This document shows, one piece after another, positions 26,881 through 38,029 of a stretch of 48,940 bases of DNA. The position numbers and the translations under genes were made by a program. Position 1 is the stretch's first letter; every line of letters starts with the position of its first letter. The notes beneath the pieces were generated by a model, which was not told the DNA's origin, made no database searches, and saw only the letters and a program-made list of their open reading frames with translations. The stretch covers positions 1 to 48,940 of the IMG/VR virus record IMGVR_UViG_3300034408_000007. One strand, 5' to 3'. The DNA comes from a virus.

Positions 26881-27345
26881 ATGTTTGAAAATACAGCTAT
26901 AGGACAGTACATAACTAGGGTTAAAGCTTTAGAAGGCAAGCATGATGAGATATTTAAGATTGTACTAGATAATAAAACGATTAAGGATTTAATAATATTT
27001 CTTAATACGAGTAGGCAGCTAGGATCAAAAAATGTCGACAGCTTAGGTAATGCTTTAACTAACCGTTTCTCAGGCAGAACAACATATTCTTTATTTGACA
27101 AAAAAGGAAGGGGAGGGCAACCATATAAGCTGTTTGACACTGGTGATTTTTGGAAAACATGGGAAGTTGAAATTGACAAAGGATTTATATCTATCAAGTC
27201 AGACCCTAGAAAAGGAGAAGATAATCTTTTTGAAATGTTTGGCGCTGAAATAGAAGGTTTAACAGATGATAGTCTTAAAATTTTAATTAAAGAAGCATAT
27301 GAACTTTATGTTAAATGGTTTGAAAAACAAGTTTTACTTAGATAA
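26881..27345 (+). CDS. Tail assembly chaperone (putative)
   Basis: Lies upstream of the tape measure. Confidence 0.55.
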   Translation: MFENTAIGQYITRVKALEGKHDEIFKIVLDNKTIKDLIIFLNTSRQLGSKNVDSLGNALTNRFSGRTTYSLFDKKGRGGQPYKLFDTGDFWKTWEVEIDKGFISIKSDPRKGEDNLFEMFGAEIEGLTDDSLKILIKEAYELYVKWFEKQVLLR

Positions 27346-27772
27346 TGTCTGGACTTCAATTAAAGAAATGCCAATTGAGAACTGGAACGCTATTTTGGAA
27401 ACTGGTGATTTAAAACATCTATTTAAAGATAAGGGGAAAGTTTCAGAAAGACTTTATCATGTCTGGGCTGATTTACAACAACAGCATATTAATGAATTTG
27501 GTAAATCTGAACTTTTAAAGTCAAGGATCAGGACAATGATTTCATTAACAAAACTGAATTTAAAGTTTATAGAAACAAAAGATAGGTCATTACTAAACTT
27601 AATTGAGATAAGAGAAATGGAACTTGAAAATCAAGAGCAAGACCACTTTTCATTTTATCAAGTGTTAGACAATGTTGAAAGGTACAAAAGATGTCTAATT
27701 GATCCAAAACAATATACAGTAATTAAATGGTATCACTCACTAAATAATATGGCACATAATGGCAGAGATTAA
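27299..27772 (+). CDS. Second tail assembly chaperone-position protein
   Basis: Overlaps the upstream gene by 47 nt in the +1 frame and has its own ATG. Confidence 0.5.
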   Translation: MNFMLNGLKNKFYLDNVWTSIKEMPIENWNAILETGDLKHLFKDKGKVSERLYHVWADLQQQHINEFGKSELLKSRIRTMISLTKLNLKFIETKDRSLLNLIEIREMELENQEQDHFSFYQVLDNVERYKRCLIDPKQYTVIKWYHSLNNMAHNGRD

Positions 27773-30700
27773 GGGTGAACAAATAATAGAAAAGAATGCG
27801 CTTGACCAGCATATTGGGGAAGTTAAAAAACTTGAAGACGTATATAAAAGACTAGCTACACAGATTAAAAAAAGTGGTGAAGCGATTAAAGCCTCAATTA
27901 CATTTAATCAAGGTAAAACAGCTTTAGATATAGAGGCGTTAAATAAAGCCCTTATCGAATCTTCTGCTTTGAAAAATAAAGCTATAAAAACAGACTCGGA
28001 ACTATTAAAAATTGAGCAACAAAAATCAATTTTAGATCAACAAAAATTAAAAACAGACCAGCAACTTTCTAAATCTCAAATTGAAAAAGAGAAACTAGCC
28101 CAACAAAGGATAAATACTGAAACAAAAGCTATAAATCTACAGCGAAAACAGGAGAGAGAAACCCAAAAACAAATAACACTAGAAGCAAAAAGACGTAAAG
28201 AACTTGATAAACAAAGAGGTACATTAAACAAGCTTAATATTGAGAACAAAAAACTCAGAGAAGAAAGAGGAAGACTTGATTTAGCTACTAGAAAAGGAAG
28301 AAGAAGATTATCCAGATTAAATAGAACTTTGGATAGAAATAATAAATTCATAGAAAGAAATACAGATTTATTAGGTAGGCAAAGGCTAGGTATTGGCAGA
28401 TATGAAATAGCAGCGAGAAAATTAATAGGCGTATTAAGGCAGCTAGGCTTAGGTTTTGGAGTTTTTGAAATAATTCGAAATGTATTTAATACTGTTAAAG
28501 ATTTTGATACAGCACTTTCTAGTTTGGGTGCTGTATCAGGTAAAACAGCAAAAGAACTTGAGCCGTTAAAAGAACAAGCTTTAGAATTGGGAAAAACAAC
28601 ACAATTCACCGCTTCACAAATAACAGGTTTGCAAGTTGAATTAGCAAAACTAGGCTTTACTATAGATGAAATTCAAAAATCAACAAGGTCTATCTCAGCT
28701 TTTGCAACCGCAACAGGTGTAGCCATTCCAGAGGCGGCAAAATTAGCTGGTTCAGCATTAAGAGCTTTTAATTTAGAAGCCTCAGAAATGGATCGTGTAA
28801 CCTCTGTCTTAGGAGTTTCAACGACAAAAACAGCATTAGATTTTAGTTTTTTACAAACTGCGTTAAGCACAGTAGCGCCAGTTGCAGCAACATTTGGCTT
28901 TACCATAGAAGACACTACGGCTTTATTAGGTCAACTTGCTAACAGTGGTTTTGATGCTTCAAGTGCAGCAACAGCAACAAGAAACATTCTTTTAAATTTA
29001 GCGGATTCTAGCGGAGATTTAGCAAAGGCACTTGGAGGCCCTGTTAGAAACTTAAGCGAGTTATCAGCAGGGTTGATTCAATTAGACGAAAGCGGTATAA
29101 ACTTAGCTGAAACATTAGAATTAACAGATAAAAGAAGTGTTGCAGCATTTAATACCTTTATAAAAGGTGCAGATTCTTTATCTGGATTACGAAGCTCTAT
29201 TACAGATGTGAGTGGTGAACTTCAAGAAATGTCTGATAAAAGACTTGACAGTGTTAAAGGAGCTACTGATTTACTTATTTCAGCTTGGCAAGGTTTGATA
29301 TTAGAATGGAATGAAGGCGAAGGTGTTGGTGAAGGCGTCAAGGATACTTTACGGTTTTTAACTGAAAATTTAAAAACAATCGTAAGCGTGTTACTTAATG
29401 CAGTAAAGGTTTTTGGCGTATACAAGTTAACAACTATCGCCGTCACTTTGGCAACTAAAGCGTATACTTCCGCTCAGCTTTTAGCTACAAACGGATTAAG
29501 AGCTTTTAATGTGGCCGCCAAGGCTAATGTGTTTGGTTTGATTGCTTCTGCAATAGCGTTGTTAATCCCATCTATAATTGAACTAGTTGAAGGTTTTTTC
29601 GGAGCTGAAAATGCAATAAATAAGGTTAAAAGAGAGGTTAAAGACCTTACTAATGCAGAGAGAGATTTAGTAGAAATAAATAAATCTGTAAACGAAAAAC
29701 TTGGAGAGGAAAGCTTAGAATTGGAATCAGTATTTGAAGCTTTAAAGAATACTACTGCTGGTACGGAACAAAGGCAGAGGGTTTTAGATAATGTAAACTC
29801 CAAGTACGGGTTGACTCTTGAAAACTTAAGTAATGAGCTTGATTTTGTCACTCAATTAGATAACGCTTATGAAAGTCTCGTTGAAAGTTTAGAGAAAAGT
29901 ATAACAGCTGAAATAATCAGAGGTGAAGCAACTAAATTAGTGAAGCAAAGGCGGCTACTACAGGATGAATTAAATGAATTAGTTGATTCAGGAGGCGACC
30001 CTTTTGCTTCAGGAGCAATAAATCCAGAGACAGGGTTTAAGTTTAGAAGTAACGAGAATGAGATACAAGGACAGATTGATGATCTAACATCAAGAATAAG
30101 AAATTTAGCAAGCGAAGTTGATTTTAATATTATTCCAGAGAATGAAACTGTGGATAGTCCTCGTAATAAGTCAAAGCAAGATTCAATAAAAAAAACGAAA
30201 ACACAAATTGAATTAGACAAACAAAGGTTTAAGGACATACAGGATAACAATGCTGAAAATTTAAAATTTTTAGAAACTCAATTATTAAACTCAGGAACAA
30301 AACAGGAAGAGATTGACAGGGCTTTATCAGGAAGAAAAGTAGAAATTAGAAAAATTGAAGCTAGGGAATCTTTAAATATATTTGGGGAATTCTCAAAGGA
30401 GTATATAGATGCTAATCTAGCTTTAAGCAAGGCGCTATCAAATATAGAAGTTGAAGAATCAGACAGCAGGCTTGAAGACTTGATAAGTCAAAATGAAGAA
30501 AATTTAGAAATACTAGAAAACAATCTACTCCTAAGAGGTTTATCAAGAAAAAAAATAGAAATAAAACTAAGAGAAAAAAGACTAGAAGATTTAAAAGAAG
30601 AAAATGATTTAGCTCTCGAAATATTTGGTGAATACTCAGAAGAATACTTAAAAGCTAATTTAGCGTTGAATAGAGCTTTATCGGACGATCAAAATAGATC

Positions 30701-31466
30701 AGAACAAGAAAGAATTGATTTCTTGGATAATCTTCGTGAAAAAACACTACAAGTCATATCTGATATTACAAAATTTGCTATTGATAAACTCAATGAAAGA
30801 ATTAAAAAGAATCAGGAGGAAATAGAATCTTCCGAAACAGAGATTGAACGACTTAAGTTTTTAAACACCGAAAACGCAGGAGAAGCAATAAAAGCTGAAA
30901 AGCAAAGAATTGCCAAAGAAAAACTTGAAATAGAAGCGCTAGAAAAAAAGAAAAGAAACCTACTTATTCAAACTGTTGCACTTGAAAGGGCTGGGCAATT
31001 AATCGCTAACGGGGACAATGCACCTTTTACAACCGCTGGAATCAAGATAAGTGAGTTTATAAAGAATCTACCTAAGTTCTATGAAGGAACTGAAACCACA
31101 TTAGGTGAAGCGTTAGGACGTACTGGAACTAGAGACGGCCATATCATACGAGCTGATGATGGCGAGGCGATTGTTAGTGGGGATAAAGTTAAAGCTTTAA
31201 ATTCTGTTGGTTTAAACACCACTACTGAAATGGTGACAGCAGCTATGAGGTTTCAAAACGGAGAAGTTAGCCGTAATGCAATGAAAATTGTTAAATCACC
31301 TAATAGCAACCTAGATATGATTAAGGAGCTTAAGGCTAACACTGAGGCTGTAAAAAAGATTAGAATAGTGCAACAGCATATCGACCTTGTTAATATGCAA
31401 GAAAAAATAGTTGACGGTAACAAGGTTAAAAATATTAGTTACTCACCACCTAGACTACAAATGTAA
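27759..31466 (+). CDS. Tail tape measure protein
   Basis: 1235 aa with long coiled coils, a central hydrophobic region and a TMP-like core, LGKTTQFTASQITGLQVELAKLGF. Confidence 0.9.
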   Translation: MAEIKGEQIIEKNALDQHIGEVKKLEDVYKRLATQIKKSGEAIKASITFNQGKTALDIEALNKALIESSALKNKAIKTDSELLKIEQQKSILDQQKLKTDQQLSKSQIEKEKLAQQRINTETKAINLQRKQERETQKQITLEAKRRKELDKQRGTLNKLNIENKKLREERGRLDLATRKGRRRLSRLNRTLDRNNKFIERNTDLLGRQRLGIGRYEIAARKLIGVLRQLGLGFGVFEIIRNVFNTVKDFDTALSSLGAVSGKTAKELEPLKEQALELGKTTQFTASQITGLQVELAKLGFTIDEIQKSTRSISAFATATGVAIPEAAKLAGSALRAFNLEASEMDRVTSVLGVSTTKTALDFSFLQTALSTVAPVAATFGFTIEDTTALLGQLANSGFDASSAATATRNILLNLADSSGDLAKALGGPVRNLSELSAGLIQLDESGINLAETLELTDKRSVAAFNTFIKGADSLSGLRSSITDVSGELQEMSDKRLDSVKGATDLLISAWQGLILEWNEGEGVGEGVKDTLRFLTENLKTIVSVLLNAVKVFGVYKLTTIAVTLATKAYTSAQLLATNGLRAFNVAAKANVFGLIASAIALLIPSIIELVEGFFGAENAINKVKREVKDLTNAERDLVEINKSVNEKLGEESLELESVFEALKNTTAGTEQRQRVLDNVNSKYGLTLENLSNELDFVTQLDNAYESLVESLEKSITAEIIRGEATKLVKQRRLLQDELNELVDSGGDPFASGAINPETGFKFRSNENEIQGQIDDLTSRIRNLASEVDFNIIPENETVDSPRNKSKQDSIKKTKTQIELDKQRFKDIQDNNAENLKFLETQLLNSGTKQEEIDRALSGRKVEIRKIEARESLNIFGEFSKEYIDANLALSKALSNIEVEESDSRLEDLISQNEENLEILENNLLLRGLSRKKIEIKLREKRLEDLKEENDLALEIFGEYSEEYLKANLALNRALSDDQNRSEQERIDFLDNLREKTLQVISDITKFAIDKLNERIKKNQEEIESSETEIERLKFLNTENAGEAIKAEKQRIAKEKLEIEALEKKKRNLLIQTVALERAGQLIANGDNAPFTTAGIKISEFIKNLPKFYEGTETTLGEALGRTGTRDGHIIRADDGEAIVSGDKVKALNSVGLNTTTEMVTAAMRFQNGEVSRNAMKIVKSPNSNLDMIKELKANTEAVKKIRIVQQHIDLVNMQEKIVDGNKVKNISYSPPRLQM

Positions 31467-33244
31467 TGGCGACAATACAGAATTTCAAAATAGATGGTGT
31501 TCCACATAACCCACCAAGAAATGTGAAGAGACTGGTATTGTCTGCCGTATTTGGTTTTGACAATAGAGCTTCAGTAAGTGTTGACACGTTGTCTTTTGTT
31601 AATACGGATTATAAAAATACGTCTGATGTTGTTCGGAGTCTGTTTGAAACTAAACCATACCAAGGGTTTGATTATACATTTGAAGTTACAAACGGAAATA
31701 CAGCATTCGCTTTTGATTTTTTCGCTGATTATTCAACTTTAGTTTATAAAAGTGGTGTTGAAACTGAAGTAGGAATGCTTCAAGATAAATCGCTTGATTC
31801 TCTACTTGATTTAAATGGTGAAGATGTCACAATGGGGCTTTTAGATTTAAAAAACGCTTTTACTTTTGATGATTTTATTCAAATACCATATGTAATTGAA
31901 AACCGAAAAACTGTTTTAGAAAGATTACAACTATTAGCCCAATTCTATGTTATTATAAAAACAGGGGTTGATGAAGTGTTTAAAATAATAAATATCGCTT
32001 CTGACCTTACAAGTTTTGGTATTGTTCAAGCAACTGCAAACCTAGTAACAACTGTTGCAAATTTAGGACTTTTATTCATTCAATTAACCAACTTATTATC
32101 TGAAATTAGAGATGCCTTTTTTCCACCAATTAGATATCATTCAGGAATAGCACTAAAAAACTATGTTGAAAAAGCTTGTGCGTATTTAGGTTATAGTGTT
32201 GATTTTGGTAATGTCTGGACAGAATTAAGCGGTATTGGATTGTGCCCGTCTAAAAATGATGAAATTGGCTCAGAGTTTCCTAATCCATTATCTAAAGGGA
32301 TACTAAAGCCTAGTGATTTTGGTTACAACTTAAAGGATTTATTTGAATTATGCCGTAAACTAGGCAATGCTAGAATAGCCGTAGTAGGTAATACAATACA
32401 TATCAAACCTAAAAACGATCCTTACTGGTCAAGTACGTCAGGTTTCATTTTTCCTGATGTTATAATTGAAGATTCTGTATTTACAAGTAATGGAACAAAA
32501 ACGTTTAATTTTAACGAATTGTATTCTAGCACGACGGTTGAGTACGCAACAGATGATAGTGATTACTGGACTATTCAAAGATTTGCAACAGATACAAACG
32601 GAGACAGGATAAGTGTAGCACAACGATCTGTTATAGGAAATGCAGACAATAGAAAAGTTAATATAGGCAAGCCTCAAGATATAAAAATTCCCTATGCATT
32701 ATGCGTTAGAAAAGATACTATTGATGATTTAGTTGATTTGTTTTTCTCTTTAAGTGATGGATTAGAACAATGGAAATTAATTATTGAATCTGCTTTCGGA
32801 TCAGTAAATGAAGCATTTCCAATACTAGATACTCTATCACTTTTCACAGCAAATCGTGACGGCTCAATGAAGGTAGAGAATCACTTCTTTTCCACACCTA
32901 AATTAGTTTATTTAGAAAACGGGAAAATACCAGAAAACTTCAACGAAAAAATAGGCGCAAAAGCAATATATCAAAACAGACATTATTACGATTCGTTTGT
33001 GGGAGGGGTAAGAAACCCGAACAATTTAAGTGATACTAACGCAAAGGAGATAATGCCAACGGTTAAAATTCCAATGAACATAGACGACTTTTCATTGTTA
33101 TTAAACAACCCGTCATTCACAACGCAGCAAGGCGTAAAAGGGGAGTTCACTAAGATAGATTGGGATTCAAAAGGAGACTTTGCAACAGTTGATTATTGGC
33201 TACAAAAAAATTGGTTAATAGGTGTAAAAGAGGAAATATTATGA
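31466..33244 (+). CDS. Distal tail / baseplate protein
   Basis: First gene after the tape measure. Confidence 0.55.
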   Translation: MATIQNFKIDGVPHNPPRNVKRLVLSAVFGFDNRASVSVDTLSFVNTDYKNTSDVVRSLFETKPYQGFDYTFEVTNGNTAFAFDFFADYSTLVYKSGVETEVGMLQDKSLDSLLDLNGEDVTMGLLDLKNAFTFDDFIQIPYVIENRKTVLERLQLLAQFYVIIKTGVDEVFKIINIASDLTSFGIVQATANLVTTVANLGLLFIQLTNLLSEIRDAFFPPIRYHSGIALKNYVEKACAYLGYSVDFGNVWTELSGIGLCPSKNDEIGSEFPNPLSKGILKPSDFGYNLKDLFELCRKLGNARIAVVGNTIHIKPKNDPYWSSTSGFIFPDVIIEDSVFTSNGTKTFNFNELYSSTTVEYATDDSDYWTIQRFATDTNGDRISVAQRSVIGNADNRKVNIGKPQDIKIPYALCVRKDTIDDLVDLFFSLSDGLEQWKLIIESAFGSVNEAFPILDTLSLFTANRDGSMKVENHFFSTPKLVYLENGKIPENFNEKIGAKAIYQNRHYYDSFVGGVRNPNNLSDTNAKEIMPTVKIPMNIDDFSLLLNNPSFTTQQGVKGEFTKIDWDSKGDFATVDYWLQKNWLIGVKEEIL

Positions 33245-33456
33245 GTGTAAAGGAAGCAACAAAAAGTTTATCAAGTGTTATTAATAATGCAAATAAAGCT
33301 ATAAAGGAAGCTCAAAAAAGCATAGAGACTGAATTAAATCCAGAACAGTTAAAAAACTACAAAGAATTTAGCAGTAAATATTTTGAGCTGTTTAATAATA
33401 AAAGATATGAAGAGGCACAATTTCTAAAAGAAAAATATTTAAAAAACAATGGCTAA
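33241..33456 (+). CDS. Small coiled-coil protein
   Basis: Start moved to the ATGA overlap at 33241. Confidence 0.5.
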   Translation: MSVKEATKSLSSVINNANKAIKEAQKSIETELNPEQLKNYKEFSSKYFELFNNKRYEEAQFLKEKYLKNNG

Positions 33457-35821
33457 TAACTTTAATATTATATCGAGGAAGTTTTACAATCAGCTTAGAA
33501 ATAACTTATTATTTACTGATAATTTAACTGAGTTCACATCTATTTTAGTTGGTGGTTCAGGTGAAAAAATTAAATTAATTGAAGATATTCAGCTTGGAAC
33601 AATTGTGAACGAATCAGAAAGTATTCCTTTAACATTTGATACTGTAAGTTTTGATAGTCCTTCTTCACAAGGCTTTTTAATTGGTACTATTGATTTCATT
33701 AGTGAGGGACTTGCTGTAAATGATGTTTTTACTTTAGAATGGGATGGAGGCGCAGTTGGAAATACCTTAGCTAATATAACAATCGTAGCTATTAGCGGTG
33801 CAAATAATAATAAGCTGTTTTTTAGTCAGGCAGATTATAATAGTTTAATTGCTTTAGGCTTAACTGCGCCAACAACTAAAATTAGTTTTGTTATTAAAAA
33901 AACGAGTAGACCATTAAGTTTAAATTACTTTTACGGACTTGTACCCAATAATTCTAGTGCTGAAAACTACACCAGTCCTTTAGGAGCTGTTGAGCAAGGG
34001 TATAACATTCAAGTAATGAATAATGCACCTATATTCTCCACAATGGACTTTATTGGAGGGCTAAACGGGTATAAATACGGAACAGTTAAATCTACATTTG
34101 TTGGCACAACACAGGATTATTTTCACCAATATCAAATTGAGCATGAATTTATAATCCCTTACTATAAAGCAGGAGAATTGCCAAACATTGAAAACAGCCT
34201 ACCACCAGCCAATTTAATTTCAAGTAATTCACTTAAATACATTAACCGTTATGAATTTGGCAACAATGGTAGTTATAATACTATTTATGTTAATCTAGGC
34301 CAGAATGGTAATGTCAAGTATTTTGATCAGCCAATTGATAACTATACAATACAAGATTATGAAGTTATCAATCAGCTAAACACAGGTAAAATTGAGGTTA
34401 CAGTAAGTAATTCAATATCTTTTAAAATTAAAAAGAATAACGGCAATTGGTTAGGCACTGAAGATATTATTTTTTATCACACAAAACTACCGACAGCAGC
34501 AGAATACACTAATCAAGCAGATGAGTATGGAAATGTTTGGGTATACGATAACTCAAGAGCAGCAATTGGCGGCGCAATACCTCCGCAAAGCTCAATGCAA
34601 GTAATAGATCAATATGAAATAACTTTAGATGTTGATACCTCTATAGTTACAGTTACTGTTGATATTAACTTTACCACTGCACAACAAAATATTATATTTG
34701 ACACTTCTAATTATGCTCTATTTGTAACAGTTGCGGGAACAGATATAAGCCTCCCTTATCAAACAGACAAGGTGAATAAAATAGTTTCGGTTGACTCTTA
34801 TACAAAAAACACGGACATAGCAGGGTTGATAGATAATCACACATTAAACTTTTATCCTGACTACGCAGCAAATACTTCTGATAATTACTCAAACTTTTCG
34901 GGTGGTGATGGCGATTTGTGGGGTTGCAAAGTTTGTTTTGATATGGTGAGAACATTAAAACCAGTAATAAACTCAGCTAAATTTAGAATAATCGCACGAT
35001 CAGCAACAGATTCATTTGAATTATATGTAAAAGAAATAAATATTGGTCAACCCCAATTGGTGAGTTTAGACTTCCCACCAGTTGTACAATACCAAATACT
35101 AAATCTAGATTATCAAAACAATCTTAACCTCCCTTCAACCGACCCTTTAAATAGAGTTAAATGCGATTTAAACGCAGTTACTAGAATGCCAATTGAGAAT
35201 CAAAGAGCCTGTTTTGAATTTGGATTTCAAACACCATGGCGAGAATGGGAAGAGAATTTGAACGTAAACAATATTTTTTATAACACTTTGCAACCTAACA
35301 ATAACCTGAACAATAAAACATCAAACTACTCAAATATTAACAATTATGATGTTTATGGTGTTTTTGAAGTTGAGATAGGTAATTCGCAGCAAACCAACAG
35401 CACGCTGTATTCAATTGAATCAGATGTATCAACAGTTTTAGAGTTTGATTCTGCAACATGGGTTACAAGTTCGATATTTAGATATTACGACGAAAGTAAT
35501 GATTTAACTGACAACCTTTTTGAGTCAGAGAACGTTAAAATTGAAATAGATTTCGTTCACGCATTAGGATTATTGCCTAGTGAAGATTTAGAAGGAGTAA
35601 TATGGATTGAGCAAGATCAAAATTCAGCACCTCCTAGCTATTTGTCAACTCAAAGAGATTGGGAGGCTCAAGATAATAAATTACAATCATTAAACACTAC
35701 AGGATTAGTAACCATATTAAGCACAAATAATAGCGTTGTTTTAAGTTGTCTAACAAACAGAAACAATTTAACGGCAGGGATTCAATATAATGTATACGGT
35801 AAACTTTGGAATAGAAAATGA
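33449..35821 (+). CDS. Large tail tip / receptor-binding candidate
   Basis: 790 aa, Asn/Ser/Thr-rich, in the tail-tip position. Confidence 0.55.
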   Translation: MANNFNIISRKFYNQLRNNLLFTDNLTEFTSILVGGSGEKIKLIEDIQLGTIVNESESIPLTFDTVSFDSPSSQGFLIGTIDFISEGLAVNDVFTLEWDGGAVGNTLANITIVAISGANNNKLFFSQADYNSLIALGLTAPTTKISFVIKKTSRPLSLNYFYGLVPNNSSAENYTSPLGAVEQGYNIQVMNNAPIFSTMDFIGGLNGYKYGTVKSTFVGTTQDYFHQYQIEHEFIIPYYKAGELPNIENSLPPANLISSNSLKYINRYEFGNNGSYNTIYVNLGQNGNVKYFDQPIDNYTIQDYEVINQLNTGKIEVTVSNSISFKIKKNNGNWLGTEDIIFYHTKLPTAAEYTNQADEYGNVWVYDNSRAAIGGAIPPQSSMQVIDQYEITLDVDTSIVTVTVDINFTTAQQNIIFDTSNYALFVTVAGTDISLPYQTDKVNKIVSVDSYTKNTDIAGLIDNHTLNFYPDYAANTSDNYSNFSGGDGDLWGCKVCFDMVRTLKPVINSAKFRIIARSATDSFELYVKEINIGQPQLVSLDFPPVVQYQILNLDYQNNLNLPSTDPLNRVKCDLNAVTRMPIENQRACFEFGFQTPWREWEENLNVNNIFYNTLQPNNNLNNKTSNYSNINNYDVYGVFEVEIGNSQQTNSTLYSIESDVSTVLEFDSATWVTSSIFRYYDESNDLTDNLFESENVKIEIDFVHALGLLPSEDLEGVIWIEQDQNSAPPSYLSTQRDWEAQDNKLQSLNTTGLVTILSTNNSVVLSCLTNRNNLTAGIQYNVYGKLWNRK

Positions 35822-36741
35822 TAACACTAACACCTACAGCATCAGATTTAGCACCTTTAGAATATTTGCATACTAAAGACACTATTTTAGCAACAAAAGG
35901 ATATATACAAGCCTCTGATATATGTTGTCTTGGTCAATGCGCCTTAAATTTACCCGCATTTTCTGATTTACTTAATCCTTTAGATAAATTTAAAAATGAT
36001 TTCTTCAATTTCACTTTATTTGTGCCTAATGGTTATACAGTGGCAGCGACCCTTACAAAAATAGATACAGGTGAAGCGTACGAAATTATAGATTCAACTT
36101 ATGGAGATTACGCAGCTATTGGAACTATAAATTTAAACCCTAATGTTTGGGGATTTGTCGCAGATTGGCAAAAAATATCAGCATTAAGAGGCTACGGATC
36201 ATATAAATTTAATTTCAAGGTTAGCAATACTTTGAATAAAGTTAAATTAGATGAGGATTCGCCTTGTTTTGACTTGATGCCATTTGATTGTGTTCTAGCA
36301 GATGGAACTGTACGAATAAATGCAAATCAGAAAGGAGCAATTGAAGATGGTTTTGATTGGACTAGTTTAAGCGGAAACAATTCAGTGTTTGGGAAATATC
36401 AAATAAGAACATACGGTAAACTGTCAAATCCATCTAGAACAATAATAGAAGATTCAGTACAAAGCAGTAGACGAGAGAACTTACAAATACAAATCGGAAC
36501 ATTTAAAAACTGGGATTTAAGGCTTGACTTTTTACCTTCCAAAGTGTCAGACTTAATACATGAAGAATTAATGCTTGCTAACCCTATTATAGTAGATGAT
36601 TATAATCTTAAGAATTTCGACGACTATAAAGGGATTAAATTAAAAGTATTGAGCACCGATAGTTCAGAAAAATTAAATAAAGAAGAGTTTACAGTTTTAA
36701 AGCTGGAAGATTACAGAAAGGCAACAATTAAAAGGTATTAA
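35818..36741 (+). CDS. Tail tip / baseplate protein
   Basis: ATGA overlap; last structural gene before lysis. Confidence 0.5.
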   Translation: MITLTPTASDLAPLEYLHTKDTILATKGYIQASDICCLGQCALNLPAFSDLLNPLDKFKNDFFNFTLFVPNGYTVAATLTKIDTGEAYEIIDSTYGDYAAIGTINLNPNVWGFVADWQKISALRGYGSYKFNFKVSNTLNKVKLDEDSPCFDLMPFDCVLADGTVRINANQKGAIEDGFDWTSLSGNNSVFGKYQIRTYGKLSNPSRTIIEDSVQSSRRENLQIQIGTFKNWDLRLDFLPSKVSDLIHEELMLANPIIVDDYNLKNFDDYKGIKLKVLSTDSSEKLNKEEFTVLKLEDYRKATIKRY

Positions 36742-36743
36742 TT

Positions 36744-37181
36744 ATGGGTTATATATTCGGAAGAACTAGTAAAAAAAGATTAGCAACCTGTCATAAGGAT
36801 TTAATCAAAATAATGAATTTAGCGTTATCGGTTAGTCAAATGGATTTTGGAATAGCTGAAGGTCACAGATCATTAGAATTACAATTAAAATACTTTAGAG
36901 AAGGCAAGAGTAAAATTGATGGTGTAACTCGAAAAGGTAAACATAATTACAGTCCTTCTTTAGCCGCTGATATATTCCCATTTATTAATGGAAAAGCAAA
37001 GTGGAGCAATGAAGAGTTGAGTTATTTAGCAGGTGTTATTCATGCTTGTTCAGAAATACTTTTAAAGCAGGGTGAAATATCTCATAGAATTAGATGGGGC
37101 GGTAACTGGGATATGGACGGTGTTATTCTACACGATCAATCTTTTGATGATAGACCACATTTTGAACTTATAAAGGTATGA
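36744..37181 (+). CDS. Endolysin, peptidase M15 (L-Ala-D-Glu / D-Ala-D-Ala peptidase type)
   Basis: Zn-ligand pattern GHRS...Q, HNYSPSLAADI, WGGNWD...DRPHFEL. Confidence 0.8.
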   Translation: MGYIFGRTSKKRLATCHKDLIKIMNLALSVSQMDFGIAEGHRSLELQLKYFREGKSKIDGVTRKGKHNYSPSLAADIFPFINGKAKWSNEELSYLAGVIHACSEILLKQGEISHRIRWGGNWDMDGVILHDQSFDDRPHFELIKV

Positions 37182-37669
37182 GTAAGCAAAAACTAAAAGA
37201 CAGACCAATATTCGGATGGCTTAAAAATAAGTTCCCAGAGCTTGCAGGCAAAGGTTTAGAGGTTTTAGGTGACTTAACTGGTCGTGAATCTTTAGAGGGC
37301 TTAGGTAAGCTTATTCAAGGTAAAGAAGATATGTCACCAGAAGACTTACAAATGTTTTCTGCAAAGATGGATTTTGAGTATAAATGTTTGGAACTTGAAG
37401 TTAAAGACAGGGATTCGGCAAGGAACCGTGAGATAGAAATAGCTAAAGCTAACAAAAAGGATTACATGATGAAAGCCACAGGCATAATTGGCCTTGGTTT
37501 ACTGGTTTTCGTTGTTATCTCAATTGTTTACAAACCCTCATTACAAGAGAATAAGTTGTTAATTCACTTACTTGGTATAATTGAAGGTGTCGCATTGTCT
37601 ATATTTAACTATTATTTTGGAAGCTCTAAAGGTTCAAAGGACAAAACTAGATTGCTCGGTGAAAAATAA
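37178..37669 (+). CDS. Holin-like membrane protein
   Basis: Overlaps the endolysin stop. Soluble N-part with DSARNRE, then two to three TM segments. Confidence 0.55.
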   Translation: MSKQKLKDRPIFGWLKNKFPELAGKGLEVLGDLTGRESLEGLGKLIQGKEDMSPEDLQMFSAKMDFEYKCLELEVKDRDSARNREIEIAKANKKDYMMKATGIIGLGLLVFVVISIVYKPSLQENKLLIHLLGIIEGVALSIFNYYFGSSKGSKDKTRLLGEK

Positions 37670-37728
37670 ATGGTGGAAAGGCTGGTTTAATAAAAAATAA
37701 CGCCATTAAAACGAAAATTTAGCTTGGT

Positions 37729-37757
37729 GTTGTAAAACATTAAAACGATTTTACAAC
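37729..37757. terminator. Bidirectional hairpin between the convergent lysis and accessory operons
   Basis: Perfect 9-bp stem gttgtaaaa/ttttacaac with an 11-nt loop. Confidence 0.55.
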
Positions 37758-37777
37758 ATGGTATAAAATTAATAAAG

Positions 37778-37978
37778 CTATTTAGGTGCTTTAATTAAGG
37801 GTTGCCAATGAGTGGGTAAAACGGTGCATTCTCCATTATTCCAAGTGTCGTCTTTATCTTTTGGGTTATAATAAGCTGTGTCAGTCCAATCATCATCTTT
37901 ATTACCTACTAAAAACTTCCAATTATTTTGTTGCTCTTTTTCGTTTGGCAACCGTTCTGTTAATTTAATCCATTTCAT
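37778..37978 (-). CDS. DUF551-like protein
   Basis: MKWIKLTERLP...THWQPL matches the DUF551 pattern. Confidence 0.7.
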   Translation of the reverse strand: MKWIKLTERLPNEKEQQNNWKFLVGNKDDDWTDTAYYNPKDKDDTWNNGECTVLPTHWQPLIKAPK

Positions 37979-38029
37979 AATTTCTAATTTTGTGTTATTT
38001 ATACGCTTTACTAATATTACACCTAACCG

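Noticed and set aside
27287-27345. Programmed -1 frameshift between the tail chaperone ORFs
   Set aside because: The downstream ORF is in the +1 frame, and no slippery heptamer was found in the overlap.
28076-28609. 177-aa reverse-strand ORF inside the tape measure gene, plus similar ones at 28673-28915, 29222-29446, 29474-29851 and 29867-30250
   Set aside because: They lie antisense to a 1235-aa gene with clear tape-measure features. They are Ser/Leu/Phe-rich shadow ORFs.
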